A stretch of 61,719 bases of DNA, the filler included. It is 4 parts of 4 records of this genome, joined end to end, with 100 filler letters (N's around TTAATTAATTAA, not from the genome) between each part and the next. Parts side by side here need not be neighbours in the genome. Positions count along the whole stretch, not along the records: positions 21,513 to 35,526 come from SRR20825006_2909; positions 35,627 to 56,388 come from SRR20825006_2911; 2 more parts are not named here. One strand, given 5' to 3'. A model generated the notes under the pieces. It made no database searches. It was not told where the DNA came from and saw only the letters and a program-made list of their open reading frames with translations. The position numbers were made by a program, and so were the translations under genes. Below, piece after piece: positions 26,737 through 36,903 of the stretch; position 1 is the stretch's first letter, and the number at the start of each line of letters is the position of its first letter.

Positions 26737-28284
26737 TCACCCCCCATAACCGCCACCACCCGGGGAGGCGATGATCAGGCGGTCGCCGGGAGCAACCTCG
26801 GTACTGTACTTGGGGGGCAAAGCCTGATTATTCAAGCGGTTCTCGCCGGCAGCGCCCTCCCCGCCGCCCGCCAACCCCCAGGGCCGGTAGCGGCGACGCT
26901 CGGTCAGCAGCGTCACACTGGCCGGCCCCAGGAACTCCAGTTCGCGCAGAATACCCTCACCCCCTCGATGCCGCCCGCTTCCCCCGCTACCCTGGCGAAG
27001 CTGATAGCGGTGCACGCGCAAGGGGTAATGAGACTCCAGGCTCTCGATCGGCGTGTTCAAGGTATTGGTCATATGGCTATGCACACCGGACAGCCCCGCA
27101 CCCGTGGCATGGCCACCAGTGCCACCGGCCATGGTTTCGTAATAATCCCAACCCTGTTCGCCCCCGGCCCCCATGGCCACGTTATTCATGGTCCCCTGGC
27201 TCGCCGCCGGAATCGCCTCTGGCGCCACTTGAGCCAACGCGCCCAACACCACATCCACCACCCTGGAGCTGGTTTCCACATTACCGGCTGCCACTGCCGC
27301 CGGGCGACGGGCATTAAGCAGTGAACCTTCCGGGGCGTACAATTTGATGGGACGGAACAGACCATCGCAGGCGGGCACATCGTCATCCATCAAACAACGA
27401 AAGCAGTAATAGGCGGCGGCCGCCGCCACGGACAAGGGGCAATTAATGTTGCCGGCAACCTGCCCGGCCGTACCGGTGAAATCCAGCGACGCTTCTTCCC
27501 CACAGATCGTCAGCGCCAGCACAATGGGAATATCCTGTTGCCCCTGGCCGTCATCATCCATGTAATCTGCAAAACGGTATTGCCCATCCGGCAGCGCCGC
27601 AATCCGCGCCCGGGCTCGCCGCTCACCGTAATCATTAAGCGCATCAAACGCCTGGGCCAGCGCCGCACCATCGTGCTCCGCCAACGCCACCAGACGGGCG
27701 GCCCCCGCCTCACAGGCACTGGCCTGCGCGGCAAAGTCGGCAAAGCGGGCATTGTCCACCGGCAACACCGCCCGGGCGTCGGCCTGCAGCCCTGCCAGGC
27801 GCCGGCACAGCGGCACATCCCACTGCCCCTGCTGCTTGAGCAACGTCGGCGCAATCACAATCCCTTCCTGGGCCAGGTCCGTAGACACAGGCATGGAGCC
27901 CGGGCTGTGAGCACCGATATTGGCGTGGTGGGCGCGGGTCACCGCGAAACCGAGCAACGTCGGCCCCACCAGCACCGGGGCAATCACGGTGACATCCGGC
28001 AGGTGCGTGCCGCCCAGATAGGGGTCATTCACCACCATCAGGTCCCCCGCTTGCCACTCCTTGCCAGCAACCAGATCGGCCATGGCGTAGGCCATGGACC
28101 CCAAATGCACGGGAATATGCGCGGCCTGGGCACATAAGCGACCCTGAGCATCAAAAATGGCACAGGAAAAATCGAGCCGGTCCTTGATGTTCGGAGACAG
28201 GGCACTGAGACGCAGCACCGCGCCCATTTCATCGCAGACACCGGCAAGGCGGTTGGCAAAAATACTCAGCTGGACAGGATTCAT
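26737..28284 (-). CDS. Hydantoinase B / 5-oxoprolinase family protein
   Basis: SPNIKDRLDFSCA, HIPVHLGSM, NDPYLGGTHLPD, HSHMTNTLNTPIE, PGGGGYG. Confidence 0.92.
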   Translation of the reverse strand: MNPVQLSIFANRLAGVCDEMGAVLRLSALSPNIKDRLDFSCAIFDAQGRLCAQAAHIPVHLGSMAYAMADLVAGKEWQAGDLMVVNDPYLGGTHLPDVTVIAPVLVGPTLLGFAVTRAHHANIGAHSPGSMPVSTDLAQEGIVIAPTLLKQQGQWDVPLCRRLAGLQADARAVLPVDNARFADFAAQASACEAGAARLVALAEHDGAALAQAFDALNDYGERRARARIAALPDGQYRFADYMDDDGQGQQDIPIVLALTICGEEASLDFTGTAGQVAGNINCPLSVAAAAAYYCFRCLMDDDVPACDGLFRPIKLYAPEGSLLNARRPAAVAAGNVETSSRVVDVVLGALAQVAPEAIPAASQGTMNNVAMGAGGEQGWDYYETMAGGTGGHATGAGLSGVHSHMTNTLNTPIESLESHYPLRVHRYQLRQGSGGSGRHRGGEGILRELEFLGPASVTLLTERRRYRPWGLAGGGEGAAGENRLNNQALPPKYSTEVAPGDRLIIASPGGGGYGG

Positions 28285-28291
28285 AAAGGCA

Positions 28292-28389
28292 ATTGGCAGT
28301 TGATAATGGATAGTTGATAGCGAAAAACGGATGCACGGGCAGTCTGCCCTTGTTCATTGTGTTGCATCAACTATTAACTATTGGCCAAT
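28292..28389. repeat. Heptamer-periodic inverted repeat (AGTT type)
   Basis: AGTTGAT AATGGAT AGTTGAT / ATCAACT ATTAACT around a small GGGCAG..CTGCCC hairpin. Confidence 0.5.
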
Positions 28390-28487
28390 AACTGCGCTAT
28401 TATCGGGGGTTCCCGGCAGCCTAACAGCTGCCGTTTTTTGTTTTGGTCATGCCAAAACAGACGAATTCGCTTTAACGAGTCAGGGTA

Positions 28488-29672
28488 ATGAGCCAGCAAT
28501 TTTTGATTCCCACCTACGCGCGCCAGCCAGTGGCTTTCGTGCGGGGCGAGGGCGTGTGGTTGTACGATGAAAACGACCACAAATACATGGATGCCATCTC
28601 CGGGATTGGCGTGTGCAACCTGGGCCACTGCCACCCGGCAGTCACCCGCACCCTGGCCGAACAGGCCGGGCAGCTGATGCACACCTCCAACCTGTATCGT
28701 ATTCCCGCCCAGGAATCCCTGGCCCAGCGCCTGTGCGAGCTGAGCGGCATGGAGAACGTATTTTTCTCCAACTCCGGCGCGGAAGCCAATGAGGCCGCCA
28801 TCAAGATTGCCCGCCTGTACGGCTCACGCAAACAGATTGCCCGACCCACCGTGATCGTCATGGAAGGCAGCTTCCATGGCCGCACCATGGCGACCCTGTC
28901 CGCCACCGCCAATGCCAAGGTGCAGGAAGGCTTTGCGCCTCTGCTGGACGGTTTCATCCGTGTGCCGTTCAACGATCTGGCAGCAGTAGAAGCCCTGGCT
29001 GATAATCACGATATTGTCGCCGTTCTGGTAGAACCGGTGCAGGGCGAAGGCGGTATCCACATTCCCGCAAACGATTACCTGGCCGGCCTGCGCACCCTGT
29101 GCGACCGCCAAGACTGGCTGCTGATGCTGGATGAAATCCAGTCCGGCAACGGCCGCACCGGGGATTACTTTGCCTGCCTGGGCGCCGGCATCACCCCCGA
29201 CGTACTAACCACCGCCAAAGGCCTGGGTAACGGCTTCCCCATCGGCGCCTGCCTGGTGGCCGGCAAGGCTGAAGGCGTTTTCGGCCCCGGGAACCACGGC
29301 AGCACCTACGGCGGCAACCCGCTGGGCTGCGCGACGGCCCTGGCGGTGGTGAACACCCTCACCGACGACATCATCGACGGCGTGGCCGATAAAGGCCGCT
29401 GGTTGAAAGACGCCTTTGTGCAGGCGTTTTCCGATCTGCCCATGGTCACCGAAATTCGCCAGAAAGGCCTGATGCTCGGCATCCAGCTCGATCGCCCCTG
29501 TGCCGAACTGGTCAACCGGGCCCGCGACGCCGGCCTGCTGATCAATGTCACTGCCGGTTCCGTGGTACGGCTACTGCCGCCACTGGTGATCAGCCAGGCA
29601 GAAATGCAGCAGCTGGTGGACACCCTGTCGACACTGATCCACCGTTTTGCCGACGAGCAGGAGGTCGCATGA
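28488..29672 (+). CDS. argD: Acetylornithine aminotransferase
   Basis: [43 protein letters not shown]; coupled to argF. Confidence 0.92.
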   Translation: MSQQFLIPTYARQPVAFVRGEGVWLYDENDHKYMDAISGIGVCNLGHCHPAVTRTLAEQAGQLMHTSNLYRIPAQESLAQRLCELSGMENVFFSNSGAEANEAAIKIARLYGSRKQIARPTVIVMEGSFHGRTMATLSATANAKVQEGFAPLLDGFIRVPFNDLAAVEALADNHDIVAVLVEPVQGEGGIHIPANDYLAGLRTLCDRQDWLLMLDEIQSGNGRTGDYFACLGAGITPDVLTTAKGLGNGFPIGACLVAGKAEGVFGPGNHGSTYGGNPLGCATALAVVNTLTDDIIDGVADKGRWLKDAFVQAFSDLPMVTEIRQKGLMLGIQLDRPCAELVNRARDAGLLINVTAGSVVRLLPPLVISQAEMQQLVDTLSTLIHRFADEQEVA

Positions 29673-30577
29673 CCCGTCATTTCCTGACCCTCACCGACTT
29701 GACCCCGGATGAGCTCGGCTATTTGATTCAGCGCGCCATCGAACTGAAAACCATGCTCCGTAATGGCCAGCACCACGAGCCGCTACAGGGTAAAACCCTG
29801 GGCATGATTTTCGAGAAATCATCCACGCGTACCCGGGTGTCTTTCGAAGTCGCCATGACCCACTTCGGTGGCGCCAGCATTTTCCTGTCACCCCGTGACA
29901 CCCAGCTGGGCCGCGGCGAACCCATTGAAGATTCCGCCCGGGTGCTGTCCCGCATGGTTGACGCGGTCATGATCCGCACCTTTGACCACGCCACCCTGCA
30001 GACGTTTGCCGACCACTCTGCGGTACCGGTGATCAACGCCCTCACGGACGACTTTCACCCCTGCCAGTTGCTGGCCGACATGCAGACCTATGTGGAACAC
30101 CGCGGCAGCATTCAGGGCAAAAAAGTGGTGTGGGTAGGCGATGGCAACAATATGTGCGCCAGCTACATCAACGCCGCCAACCAGTTTGATTTCGAACTGG
30201 TGATCAGCAGCCCGGACGGCTTCACCCCGGACAGCGACTTGCTGGGCCGCTACCCGGACCGGGTCAGCCTGGAGCCGGACGTAGCCACCGCCGTACAAGG
30301 CGCTCACCTGGTGGTCACCGATGTATGGGCCTCCATGGGCCAGGAAGACGAACAACAAACTCGCCTGAATGCCTTTGACGGTTACCAGGTCACCCCGGAG
30401 CTGATGGACAAGGCCGACCCGGATGCGCTGTTCATGCACTGCCTGCCGGCCCACCGCGGCGAGGAAGTCAGCCACGAAATGATGGATGATCCTCGTGCCG
30501 TGGTCTGGGACGAAGCGGAAAACCGCCTGCACGCACAGAAAGCCCTGCTGGAATTTCTGCTCACCGGGCAGCATTGA
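29669..30577 (+). CDS. argF: Ornithine carbamoyltransferase
   Basis: [30 protein letters not shown]. Confidence 0.97.
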   Translation: MTRHFLTLTDLTPDELGYLIQRAIELKTMLRNGQHHEPLQGKTLGMIFEKSSTRTRVSFEVAMTHFGGASIFLSPRDTQLGRGEPIEDSARVLSRMVDAVMIRTFDHATLQTFADHSAVPVINALTDDFHPCQLLADMQTYVEHRGSIQGKKVVWVGDGNNMCASYINAANQFDFELVISSPDGFTPDSDLLGRYPDRVSLEPDVATAVQGAHLVVTDVWASMGQEDEQQTRLNAFDGYQVTPELMDKADPDALFMHCLPAHRGEEVSHEMMDDPRAVVWDEAENRLHAQKALLEFLLTGQH

Positions 30578-30582
30578 TGGCA

Positions 30583-30655
30583 ACGCTGCACGCACCATGC
30601 AACACGCACCACCAGGACATTGTCCCGTGGTGTGTGCAGCGTGAAGCCTGGAGCA
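30583..30655. repeat. Heptamer-periodic inverted repeat (ACGC type)
   Basis: ACGCTGC ACGCACC ATGCAAC ACGCACCA / TGGTGTGT GCAGCGT GAAGCCT; arms are 14/15 complementary. Confidence 0.55.
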
Positions 30656-30662
30656 CACGACC

Positions 30663-31712
30663 ATGAACGAGCCGTTGCTTAACCTCAACCATCTGGCCTG
30701 TGGCTACCACCAGCAAACCGTGGTCAGCGACCTGAGCCTGACGCTGGCAGCGGGTGAAATTGCCTGCTTGCTGGGCCCCAGCGGCTGTGGCAAGACCACC
30801 ACATTGCGAGCCATCGCCGGATTGGAACCGGTGACCGCCGGCTCTATCAGCATTCAGGGAAAACAGGTCTCCGGCCCCCACCGTCAGCTGCCTCCCAACC
30901 AGCGCGGCCTGGGTATGGTCTTCCAGGAACACGCCCTGTTTCCTCATCTCACCGTGGCAAACAACGTGGCGTTCGGCCTGCGCCAGCAGAGCCGGGAGGA
31001 ACGCGAAGAGCGGGTACACGCGAGCCTGCAACGGGTACGGCTCAGCGGCCTGGAACAACGCTACCCCCACGAGCTCTCCGGCGGCCAACAGCAGCGCGTG
31101 GCTCTGGCCCGAGCGCTGGCCCCCCAGCCCGCCCTGCTACTGCTGGACGAGCCTTTTTCCAGCCTGGATCTGGATCTGCGCCGGGCCCTGGCCCGGGAAC
31201 TGGGCGACATCCTGCGTCAGGAAAAGGTCACCACCCTGCTGGTCACCCACGACCAGGAAGAAGCCTTTGCGCTGGCCGACCGGGTCGGCGTCATGCAACA
31301 GGGCCACCTGGAGCAATGGGATACGCCCTATAACATTTACCACGCGCCGGCGAACCGGTTCGTGGCAGAGTTCGCCGGCTACGGTACCTTCCTGCGCGGC
31401 ACCGTGCGCGATGGCAACACCGTTCACACCACCCTGGGCGATGTGACCGGCCGCAGCCATGCCCCCTTGCAACCGGGTACTGAAGTAGAAGTACTGCTCC
31501 GCCCGGAAGACGTGATTGCTGACGAATCTGCTCCCCTGGCGCTCCCCGTCATCCGGCGCCAGTTCACCGGCGCCAGCATCCTCTACCACTTGCGGGTCGG
31601 CGCCAACGAAACCCTGCTCTGCCAAACCGACAGCCACACCAATGTGGTGGAAGGCGATAACCTGCATGTGCGGCTGGGCACCAAGCATTTGGTCACGTTC
31701 GAAGTCAGTTGA
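30663..31712 (+). CDS. ABC transporter ATP-binding protein (FbpC/PotA-like, TOBE domain)
   Basis: GPSGCGKTT, LSGGQQQR, LLLDEPF, VTHD. Confidence 0.9.
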   Translation: MNEPLLNLNHLACGYHQQTVVSDLSLTLAAGEIACLLGPSGCGKTTTLRAIAGLEPVTAGSISIQGKQVSGPHRQLPPNQRGLGMVFQEHALFPHLTVANNVAFGLRQQSREEREERVHASLQRVRLSGLEQRYPHELSGGQQQRVALARALAPQPALLLLDEPFSSLDLDLRRALARELGDILRQEKVTTLLVTHDQEEAFALADRVGVMQQGHLEQWDTPYNIYHAPANRFVAEFAGYGTFLRGTVRDGNTVHTTLGDVTGRSHAPLQPGTEVEVLLRPEDVIADESAPLALPVIRRQFTGASILYHLRVGANETLLCQTDSHTNVVEGDNLHVRLGTKHLVTFEVS

Positions 31713-31846
31713 AAGTTCAAAGTTTAAACGCGGATCAGGTTGCCTGTGTTTGCCATCCCCTGCCCGCGCTTAACGGTAATGGCGCGGGCAGGGCCTCTTC
31801 AAACCCGAGGCCTTCTTCCGCGCTTTTCAACTTTAAACTTTCAACT
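31707..31846. repeat. Heptamer-periodic inverted repeat (AGTT type) enclosing a GC hairpin
   Basis: AGTTGAA AGTTCAA AGTTTAA ACGCGGA / TCCGCG..TTCAACT TTAAACT TTCAACT; internal CCCTGCCCGCGC..GCGCGGGCAGGG. Confidence 0.6.
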
Positions 31847-31857
31847 TGCTCCTGCTT

Positions 31858-32961
31858 CTACGCCACCTGACTCTGATCCCGACCGCTGGACTTCGCCTTG
31901 TACAAGCCCTGATCGGCCCGGTTAAGCAGCTCATCCACACTTTCGCCATCCTGATACGCCGCCACCCCCACGGACAAGCTCACCGTCGCCGGGCCGCCCT
32001 GGGCATCGAAACGCTGCTCACGCCAGCGCTGACGCAGACGTTCAGCTACCAACAGGGCGCCGTGGGCATCACTTTGCGGCAACACCAACAGAAACTCTTC
32101 CCCGCCCAGGCGGCCAAAGTAGTCACCATCACGCATGCCCGATAACGCCAGCTCGGAAAACTGGCGCAGTACCCGGTCGCCCCAGTCATGACCGTGCCGG
32201 TCGTTGATTTTCTTGAAGTGATCCAGGTCCACGTAGCACACGGCAAATGGCACCCCCTTGCCGTCAGACAGAGCACGCTGGCGCTCCAGAATGTCCAGCA
32301 AGTGGCGACGATTAAACAACCCCGTGAGATCATCACGGATGGCCATTTCCCGCACCTTCCCCACCGCATTGGCCAACTCACGGTTTTTTTCTGCCAGCGC
32401 ATTCCGCAGGCGATTTACGCCCCCACCGGTAACCGCAAAGCTGACCGAAATCATGGCGAACACCAGCCATTGCAACAACTCCACCGACAGGCTCAACTGC
32501 ACCCAGCGATCCATCAGTGCCACCCACAACATCAGCGCATAGGCCGCACTGGCCAGAAACGCCACCGCAATCATCACCTTGCCACTGAGGCGGAACGACA
32601 CCATCAATAACGCCGCAAAAAACAGGGTCACCACACTGAGTCGAAACTCATCCACGTAATACCCCGACACCATGAACACCCCGGTGAAATACAGAATCAA
32701 CGGCAGTGACAGGCTGGGCTCACGAAGACTCAAGGTAACACCCGTTGCCATCAGCAGCTGGTACGCCAACAGGGAAACCCAGATCAGCGACACCAGCACC
32801 AGCGCTTCCGGCAGCGCGATATGCATATAGCCCAGTTGAAAATAGACCACACAAAGCAAGGTATGCATCGCCATGATCGCCATGGCCGAACGGCTATGAC
32901 GTTGCATCAGGCGCTTTTCACTCAGCGTCAGTTTTTCTGCCTGGTGGAGATCCTGATTCAT
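31858..32961 (-). CDS. Membrane-bound diguanylate cyclase (I-site present)
   Basis: ~6 TM N-terminus; DDLTGLFNRR, DLDHFKKIND, RDGDYFGRLGGEEF. Confidence 0.92.
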   Translation of the reverse strand: MNQDLHQAEKLTLSEKRLMQRHSRSAMAIMAMHTLLCVVYFQLGYMHIALPEALVLVSLIWVSLLAYQLLMATGVTLSLREPSLSLPLILYFTGVFMVSGYYVDEFRLSVVTLFFAALLMVSFRLSGKVMIAVAFLASAAYALMLWVALMDRWVQLSLSVELLQWLVFAMISVSFAVTGGGVNRLRNALAEKNRELANAVGKVREMAIRDDLTGLFNRRHLLDILERQRALSDGKGVPFAVCYVDLDHFKKINDRHGHDWGDRVLRQFSELALSGMRDGDYFGRLGGEEFLLVLPQSDAHGALLVAERLRQRWREQRFDAQGGPATVSLSVGVAAYQDGESVDELLNRADQGLYKAKSSGRDQSQVA

Positions 32962-34061
32962 TCCTGCTCCCCGACAATCAATCTATCGCGCCCTGCTTCC
33001 TTGGCCCGGTACAGCGCCTGATCCGCCCGCCTGATCAACTGCGCAGGCGTTTCGCCATGATTCAGCATGGCCAGCCCCCCGGAAACCGTGACCATCAACC
33101 CGGGCGCATCCTTGAACCGCTGACTGCGCATGCCCATCAGGATGCCCTCCACCAGATTACGAGCCTCCTGCGGATCACTCACCGGCAACACCAGCATGAA
33201 CTCCTCTCCGCCCAGACGCGCAGCGAAATCCTGATTGGTCAGGTGGCGCTGTGTCACATCCGCAAAGCGCTGCAGCACCAGGTCGCCCATGCGATGGCCA
33301 TACTGATCGTTGGTTTTTTTGAAATGGTCCAGATCCAGGTACACCACCCCCAATTGATAGGCACCGCGAGCGGATTGCCCACACGCCTTGCTCAGCAGTT
33401 CCATGGCATGGCGGCGGCGGTAAAAACCGGTCAGCTCGTCTTTCACCGCCATGTCGTGAATGCGCTCAACAATTTGCCCCAGTTGCTGATTACGCCTCCC
33501 CAGCTGGAAGCGGATGGTGGAAATTTCTGATGCCACCAGCATGGCCGCCAGCACCATGACACTGAACAGGCCCCACTGGATCCACTCGCCGCGAACATCC
33601 ACCACTTCCGGCCAGTACACACAGACAACCCCCAGCACCACCGCGTAACCCAGCACGCAATACCCGGCCAGGGCGAGGAACTGCCGTAGCGACGCCTGCA
33701 GTACCCCCATCTGAACAATGGCAAAGAAAATCAGCATGATGCACAGACGCACCTGATCGACGACCAGGGCAGTCACCAGCAGCCCGGTGGTGGACCAGAC
33801 CATCAACGGCATAATCATGGAAGGTTCGGATAGCCGGCGGTTCAACCCCACCAGCATGAACAGAATAAACAGCAGATGCCCGGCCCAAAGGCCGGCAAAA
33901 AGCGTATAGAAAAGAATCTCGCCACCGCGGAAGAAATCCAGCTGCAAGGCAATCCAGCAAAGTAGCGTATGCGCACCACCTCCCGCCAGGATAGCGAATA
34001 GCACGCGACGTAGCCGTTGCGACTGCAAGGCCACAGGGTGGAGCGGTAACGTTTGATCCAT
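32958..34061 (-). CDS. Membrane-bound diguanylate cyclase paralogue (no I-site)
   Basis: ~6 TM N-terminus; DELTGFYRRR, DLDHFKKTND, TNQDFAARLGGEEF; probable start MDQTL at 34061. Confidence 0.9.
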   Translation of the reverse strand: MDQTLPLHPVALQSQRLRRVLFAILAGGGAHTLLCWIALQLDFFRGGEILFYTLFAGLWAGHLLFILFMLVGLNRRLSEPSMIMPLMVWSTTGLLVTALVVDQVRLCIMLIFFAIVQMGVLQASLRQFLALAGYCVLGYAVVLGVVCVYWPEVVDVRGEWIQWGLFSVMVLAAMLVASEISTIRFQLGRRNQQLGQIVERIHDMAVKDELTGFYRRRHAMELLSKACGQSARGAYQLGVVYLDLDHFKKTNDQYGHRMGDLVLQRFADVTQRHLTNQDFAARLGGEEFMLVLPVSDPQEARNLVEGILMGMRSQRFKDAPGLMVTVSGGLAMLNHGETPAQLIRRADQALYRAKEAGRDRLIVGEQE

Positions 34062-34260
34062 GCGGATTCCCGATTCGGTGCGCCCCTCTCCCACTAGCAA
34101 CCGCACCCACTGATAGCAAATTAGTATTAATATTGAACCAATAGTAATACCAAGTGCCTACTCCGTCACAGTTTGACCATCCCCTAAACCGAACCGCTCA
34201 TCGTTGTAAAACGCATTTTACCGCAGGCAAAACCCCTGATTTTTATGCCATTTACTGTTC

Positions 34261-35526
34261 TCAGGCACCCGGCGAAGCCTGGCAGACCCGAGCGACCGCA
34301 TCACGCCAGCCCTGATAGCGTTTCTGGCGCTCCGGCTCATCCAGTTGAGGGGAAAACTCCCGTTCACAACGCCATTGCTCAGCCACGGCATCCAGTGATG
34401 GATATAGCCCGACCCCCAGGCCCGCCAGATACGCTGCGCCGAGAGCCGTGGTTTCGGTTACCACCGGACGGTCCACACAGACGCCCAGCACATCCGACAG
34501 CGTCTGGCTGAGCCAGTTGTTCACCACCATTCCCCCATCCACCCGCAGGGTGGTGGGCCGGGTACCACAATCCGCCGCCATGGCATCGAGAAGATCCCGG
34601 GACTGATAGCACACCGCTTCCAGTCCCGCCGTTACCACCTCCGCAATCCCGGTGTCGCGGGTCAGCCCCGTCAAGGCTCCCCGGGCATGGGGGTCCCACC
34701 AGGGCGCCCCCAGACCGGTAAAGGCCGGCACCAGGTACACCCCGCCGGCGGAACCGGCACGGCGGGCCAGGGCTTCGGTTTCGCTGGCATCGCGAATCAG
34801 GTTGAGGCCATCGCGCAGCCACTGGATAGCCGCACCCGCCACAAAGATGGAGCCTTCCAGCGCATAAGTTGTCTTGCCATTCAGGCGATAGCCCACGGTA
34901 GTCAGCAGGCGGTTATGGGATTCCACCGCCTCGCCGGTATTCATGACCATGAAGCAGCCGGTGCCATAGGTGCTTTTCACCATCCCCGGGGCAAAGCAGG
35001 CCTGCCCCACCAACGCCGCCTGCTGGTCGCCGGCAATGCCGGCCACCGGCACGGCTGCGCCCAGCAGCTCCGGGCAGGTGGTACCAAAGTCTGCCGCACT
35101 GTCACGCACGTCCGGCAATACCGACGCAGGCACATTGAACAAGGCCAGCAACGCCTCATCCCAGCACTGCTCGTGGATATTGAACAACAGGGTCCGTGAG
35201 GCATTGGTGGCGTCGGTGGCGTGCACCTTGCCGCGGGTCAGCTGCCAAAGCAGCCAGCTATCAATGGTGCCAAACGCCAGTTCACCAGCCTCGGCACGCT
35301 GACGAGCACCGGGCACGTTATCCAGCAGCCAGGCCAGCTTGGTGGCAGAGAAATATGGATCCAGCAACAACCCGGTTTTGCTACGCACCTGATCTTCATG
35401 GCCCTGATCACGCAGCGCCTCACAGGTAGACGCTGTGCGTCGGTCCTGCCAGACAATGGCCTTGGCCAGCGGATCGCCGGTTTCCCGGTCCCACAGCACG
35501 GTGGTTTCACGCTGGTTGGTAATGCC
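34261..35526 (-). CDS. glpK: Glycerol kinase (5' end missing)
   Basis: [54 protein letters not shown]. Confidence 0.96.
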   Translation of the reverse strand, partial: GITNQRETTVLWDRETGDPLAKAIVWQDRRTASTCEALRDQGHEDQVRSKTGLLLDPYFSATKLAWLLDNVPGARQRAEAGELAFGTIDSWLLWQLTRGKVHATDATNASRTLLFNIHEQCWDEALLALFNVPASVLPDVRDSAADFGTTCPELLGAAVPVAGIAGDQQAALVGQACFAPGMVKSTYGTGCFMVMNTGEAVESHNRLLTTVGYRLNGKTTYALEGSIFVAGAAIQWLRDGLNLIRDASETEALARRAGSAGGVYLVPAFTGLGAPWWDPHARGALTGLTRDTGIAEVVTAGLEAVCYQSRDLLDAMAADCGTRPTTLRVDGGMVVNNWLSQTLSDVLGVCVDRPVVTETTALGAAYLAGLGVGLYPSLDAVAEQWRCEREFSPQLDEPERQKRYQGWRDAVARVCQASPGA

Positions 35527-35626
35527 NNNNNNNNNNNNNNNNNNNNNNNNNNNNNNNNNNNNNNNNNNNNTTAATTAATTAANNNNNNNNNNNNNNNNNN
35601 NNNNNNNNNNNNNNNNNNNNNNNNNN
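35527..35626. other. Artificial contig spacer
   Basis: N44-TTAATTAATTAA-N44. Confidence 0.99.
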
Positions 35627-35627
35627 T

Positions 35628-35756
35628 CGCGACTATCCGGTCGTCTTTGCCACGCTTTATATCTTTTCACTGCTGGGGCTGGTGATCGGTCTGATTTCCG
35701 ATCTGATTTATACATGGATCGACCCGCGTATTGATTTCGAAAAGAGGGATGTCTGA
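35628..35756 (+). CDS. yejB: Peptide ABC permease, 3' end
   Basis: [42 protein letters not shown]. Confidence 0.85.
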   Translation, partial: RDYPVVFATLYIFSLLGLVIGLISDLIYTWIDPRIDFEKRDV

Positions 35757-35757
35757 G

Positions 35758-36903
35758 ATGAGCGACACGACACCCTCAGAGACTATTGTTGCTGCCCCGC
35801 CGAAGCGTGGTTTCCTGTCACCAATGAATGCGCGGCGATGGAAGAGCTTTAAAGCCAACCGGCGCGGCTATTGGTCGTTGTGGATATTCCTGTTCCTGTT
35901 CATCATTACTCTGTTTGCTGAATTCGTGGCCAACGACAAGCCGCTGATTGCGGAGTACAAGGGCGAAATCCTGTTCCCGGTTGTCTTTGACTATCCGGAA
36001 GAAAAATTCGGTGGTTTTCTGGCTGTGACCGATTACCGGTCGGATTTCATTCAGGATGAGATCGAGGCCAATGGCTGGATGATCTGGCCGCCGATCCGTT
36101 ACTCCTACCGCACGATCAACGCCAATGTGCCGTACTCTGCGCCGACACCGCCGTTCTGGATGATGGACAGGCAGGAGCGTTGCGCAGGTTATCCTCAAGG
36201 CATTGATGACCCCGGCTGTACGCTGGGCAATATGAACTGGCTGGGCACAGACGATCTGGCGCGTGATGTGCTGGCGCGGGTGATCTACGGTTTTCGAATA
36301 TCGGTGCTGTTCGGTCTTATCCTGACGGGGCTTTCCGCCATTATCGGTGTGTCCGCCGGTGCTGTTCAGGGCTATTTTGGCGGCTGGATTGATCTTTTGA
36401 TGCAGCGCTTCATCGAAATCTGGTCATCTCTGCCGCAACTTTATATCCTGCTGATTATTGCTGCCATTCTTCCGCCGGGCTTCTGGGTGCTCTTAGGCGT
36501 CATGCTGTTCTTCTCGTGGGTCAGTTTCGTCGCGGTTGTTCGCGCGGAGTTTCTGCGTGCTCGCAATTTTGAATATGTCCGCGCTGCCCGTGCGCTCGGC
36601 GTCGGGAACTTCACCATAATGTTCCGGCATTTGCTGCCCAACGCCATGGTGGCGACGCTTACTTTCGTGCCGTTTATTCTGTCTGGTGCCATCGTAACCC
36701 TCACCTCGCTCGATTTTCTGGGCTTCGGCATGCCACCCGGCGCGCCGTCTCTGGGGGAACTTGTGCAGCAGGGCAAGAGCAACTTGCAGGCGCCCTGGCT
36801 GGGGCTGACGGCGTTTTTCAGCCTGTCGATCATGCTGTCGCTGCTGGTGTTTGTCGGTGAAGCTGTGCGCGATGCTTTTGACCCGAGGAAGACGCTCCGA
36901 TGA
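35758..36903 (+). CDS. yejE: Peptide (microcin C-type) ABC permease
   Basis: FKANRRGYWSLW, AEFVANDKP, LGTDD.ARDV.AR.IYGFRIS, VRAEFLRARNFEYV. Confidence 0.88.
   Translation: MSDTTPSETIVAAPPKRGFLSPMNARRWKSFKANRRGYWSLWIFLFLFIITLFAEFVANDKPLIAEYKGEILFPVVFDYPEEKFGGFLAVTDYRSDFIQDEIEANGWMIWPPIRYSYRTINANVPYSAPTPPFWMMDRQERCAGYPQGIDDPGCTLGNMNWLGTDDLARDVLARVIYGFRISVLFGLILTGLSAIIGVSAGAVQGYFGGWIDLLMQRFIEIWSSLPQLYILLIIAAILPPGFWVLLGVMLFFSWVSFVAVVRAEFLRARNFEYVRAARALGVGNFTIMFRHLLPNAMVATLTFVPFILSGAIVTLTSLDFLGFGMPPGAPSLGELVQQGKSNLQAPWLGLTAFFSLSIMLSLLVFVGEAVRDAFDPRKTLR

Noticed and set aside
30663-31712. Orphan ABC ATPase after argF
   Set aside because: This adjacency is a familiar conserved gene order in pseudomonad-like gammaproteobacteria
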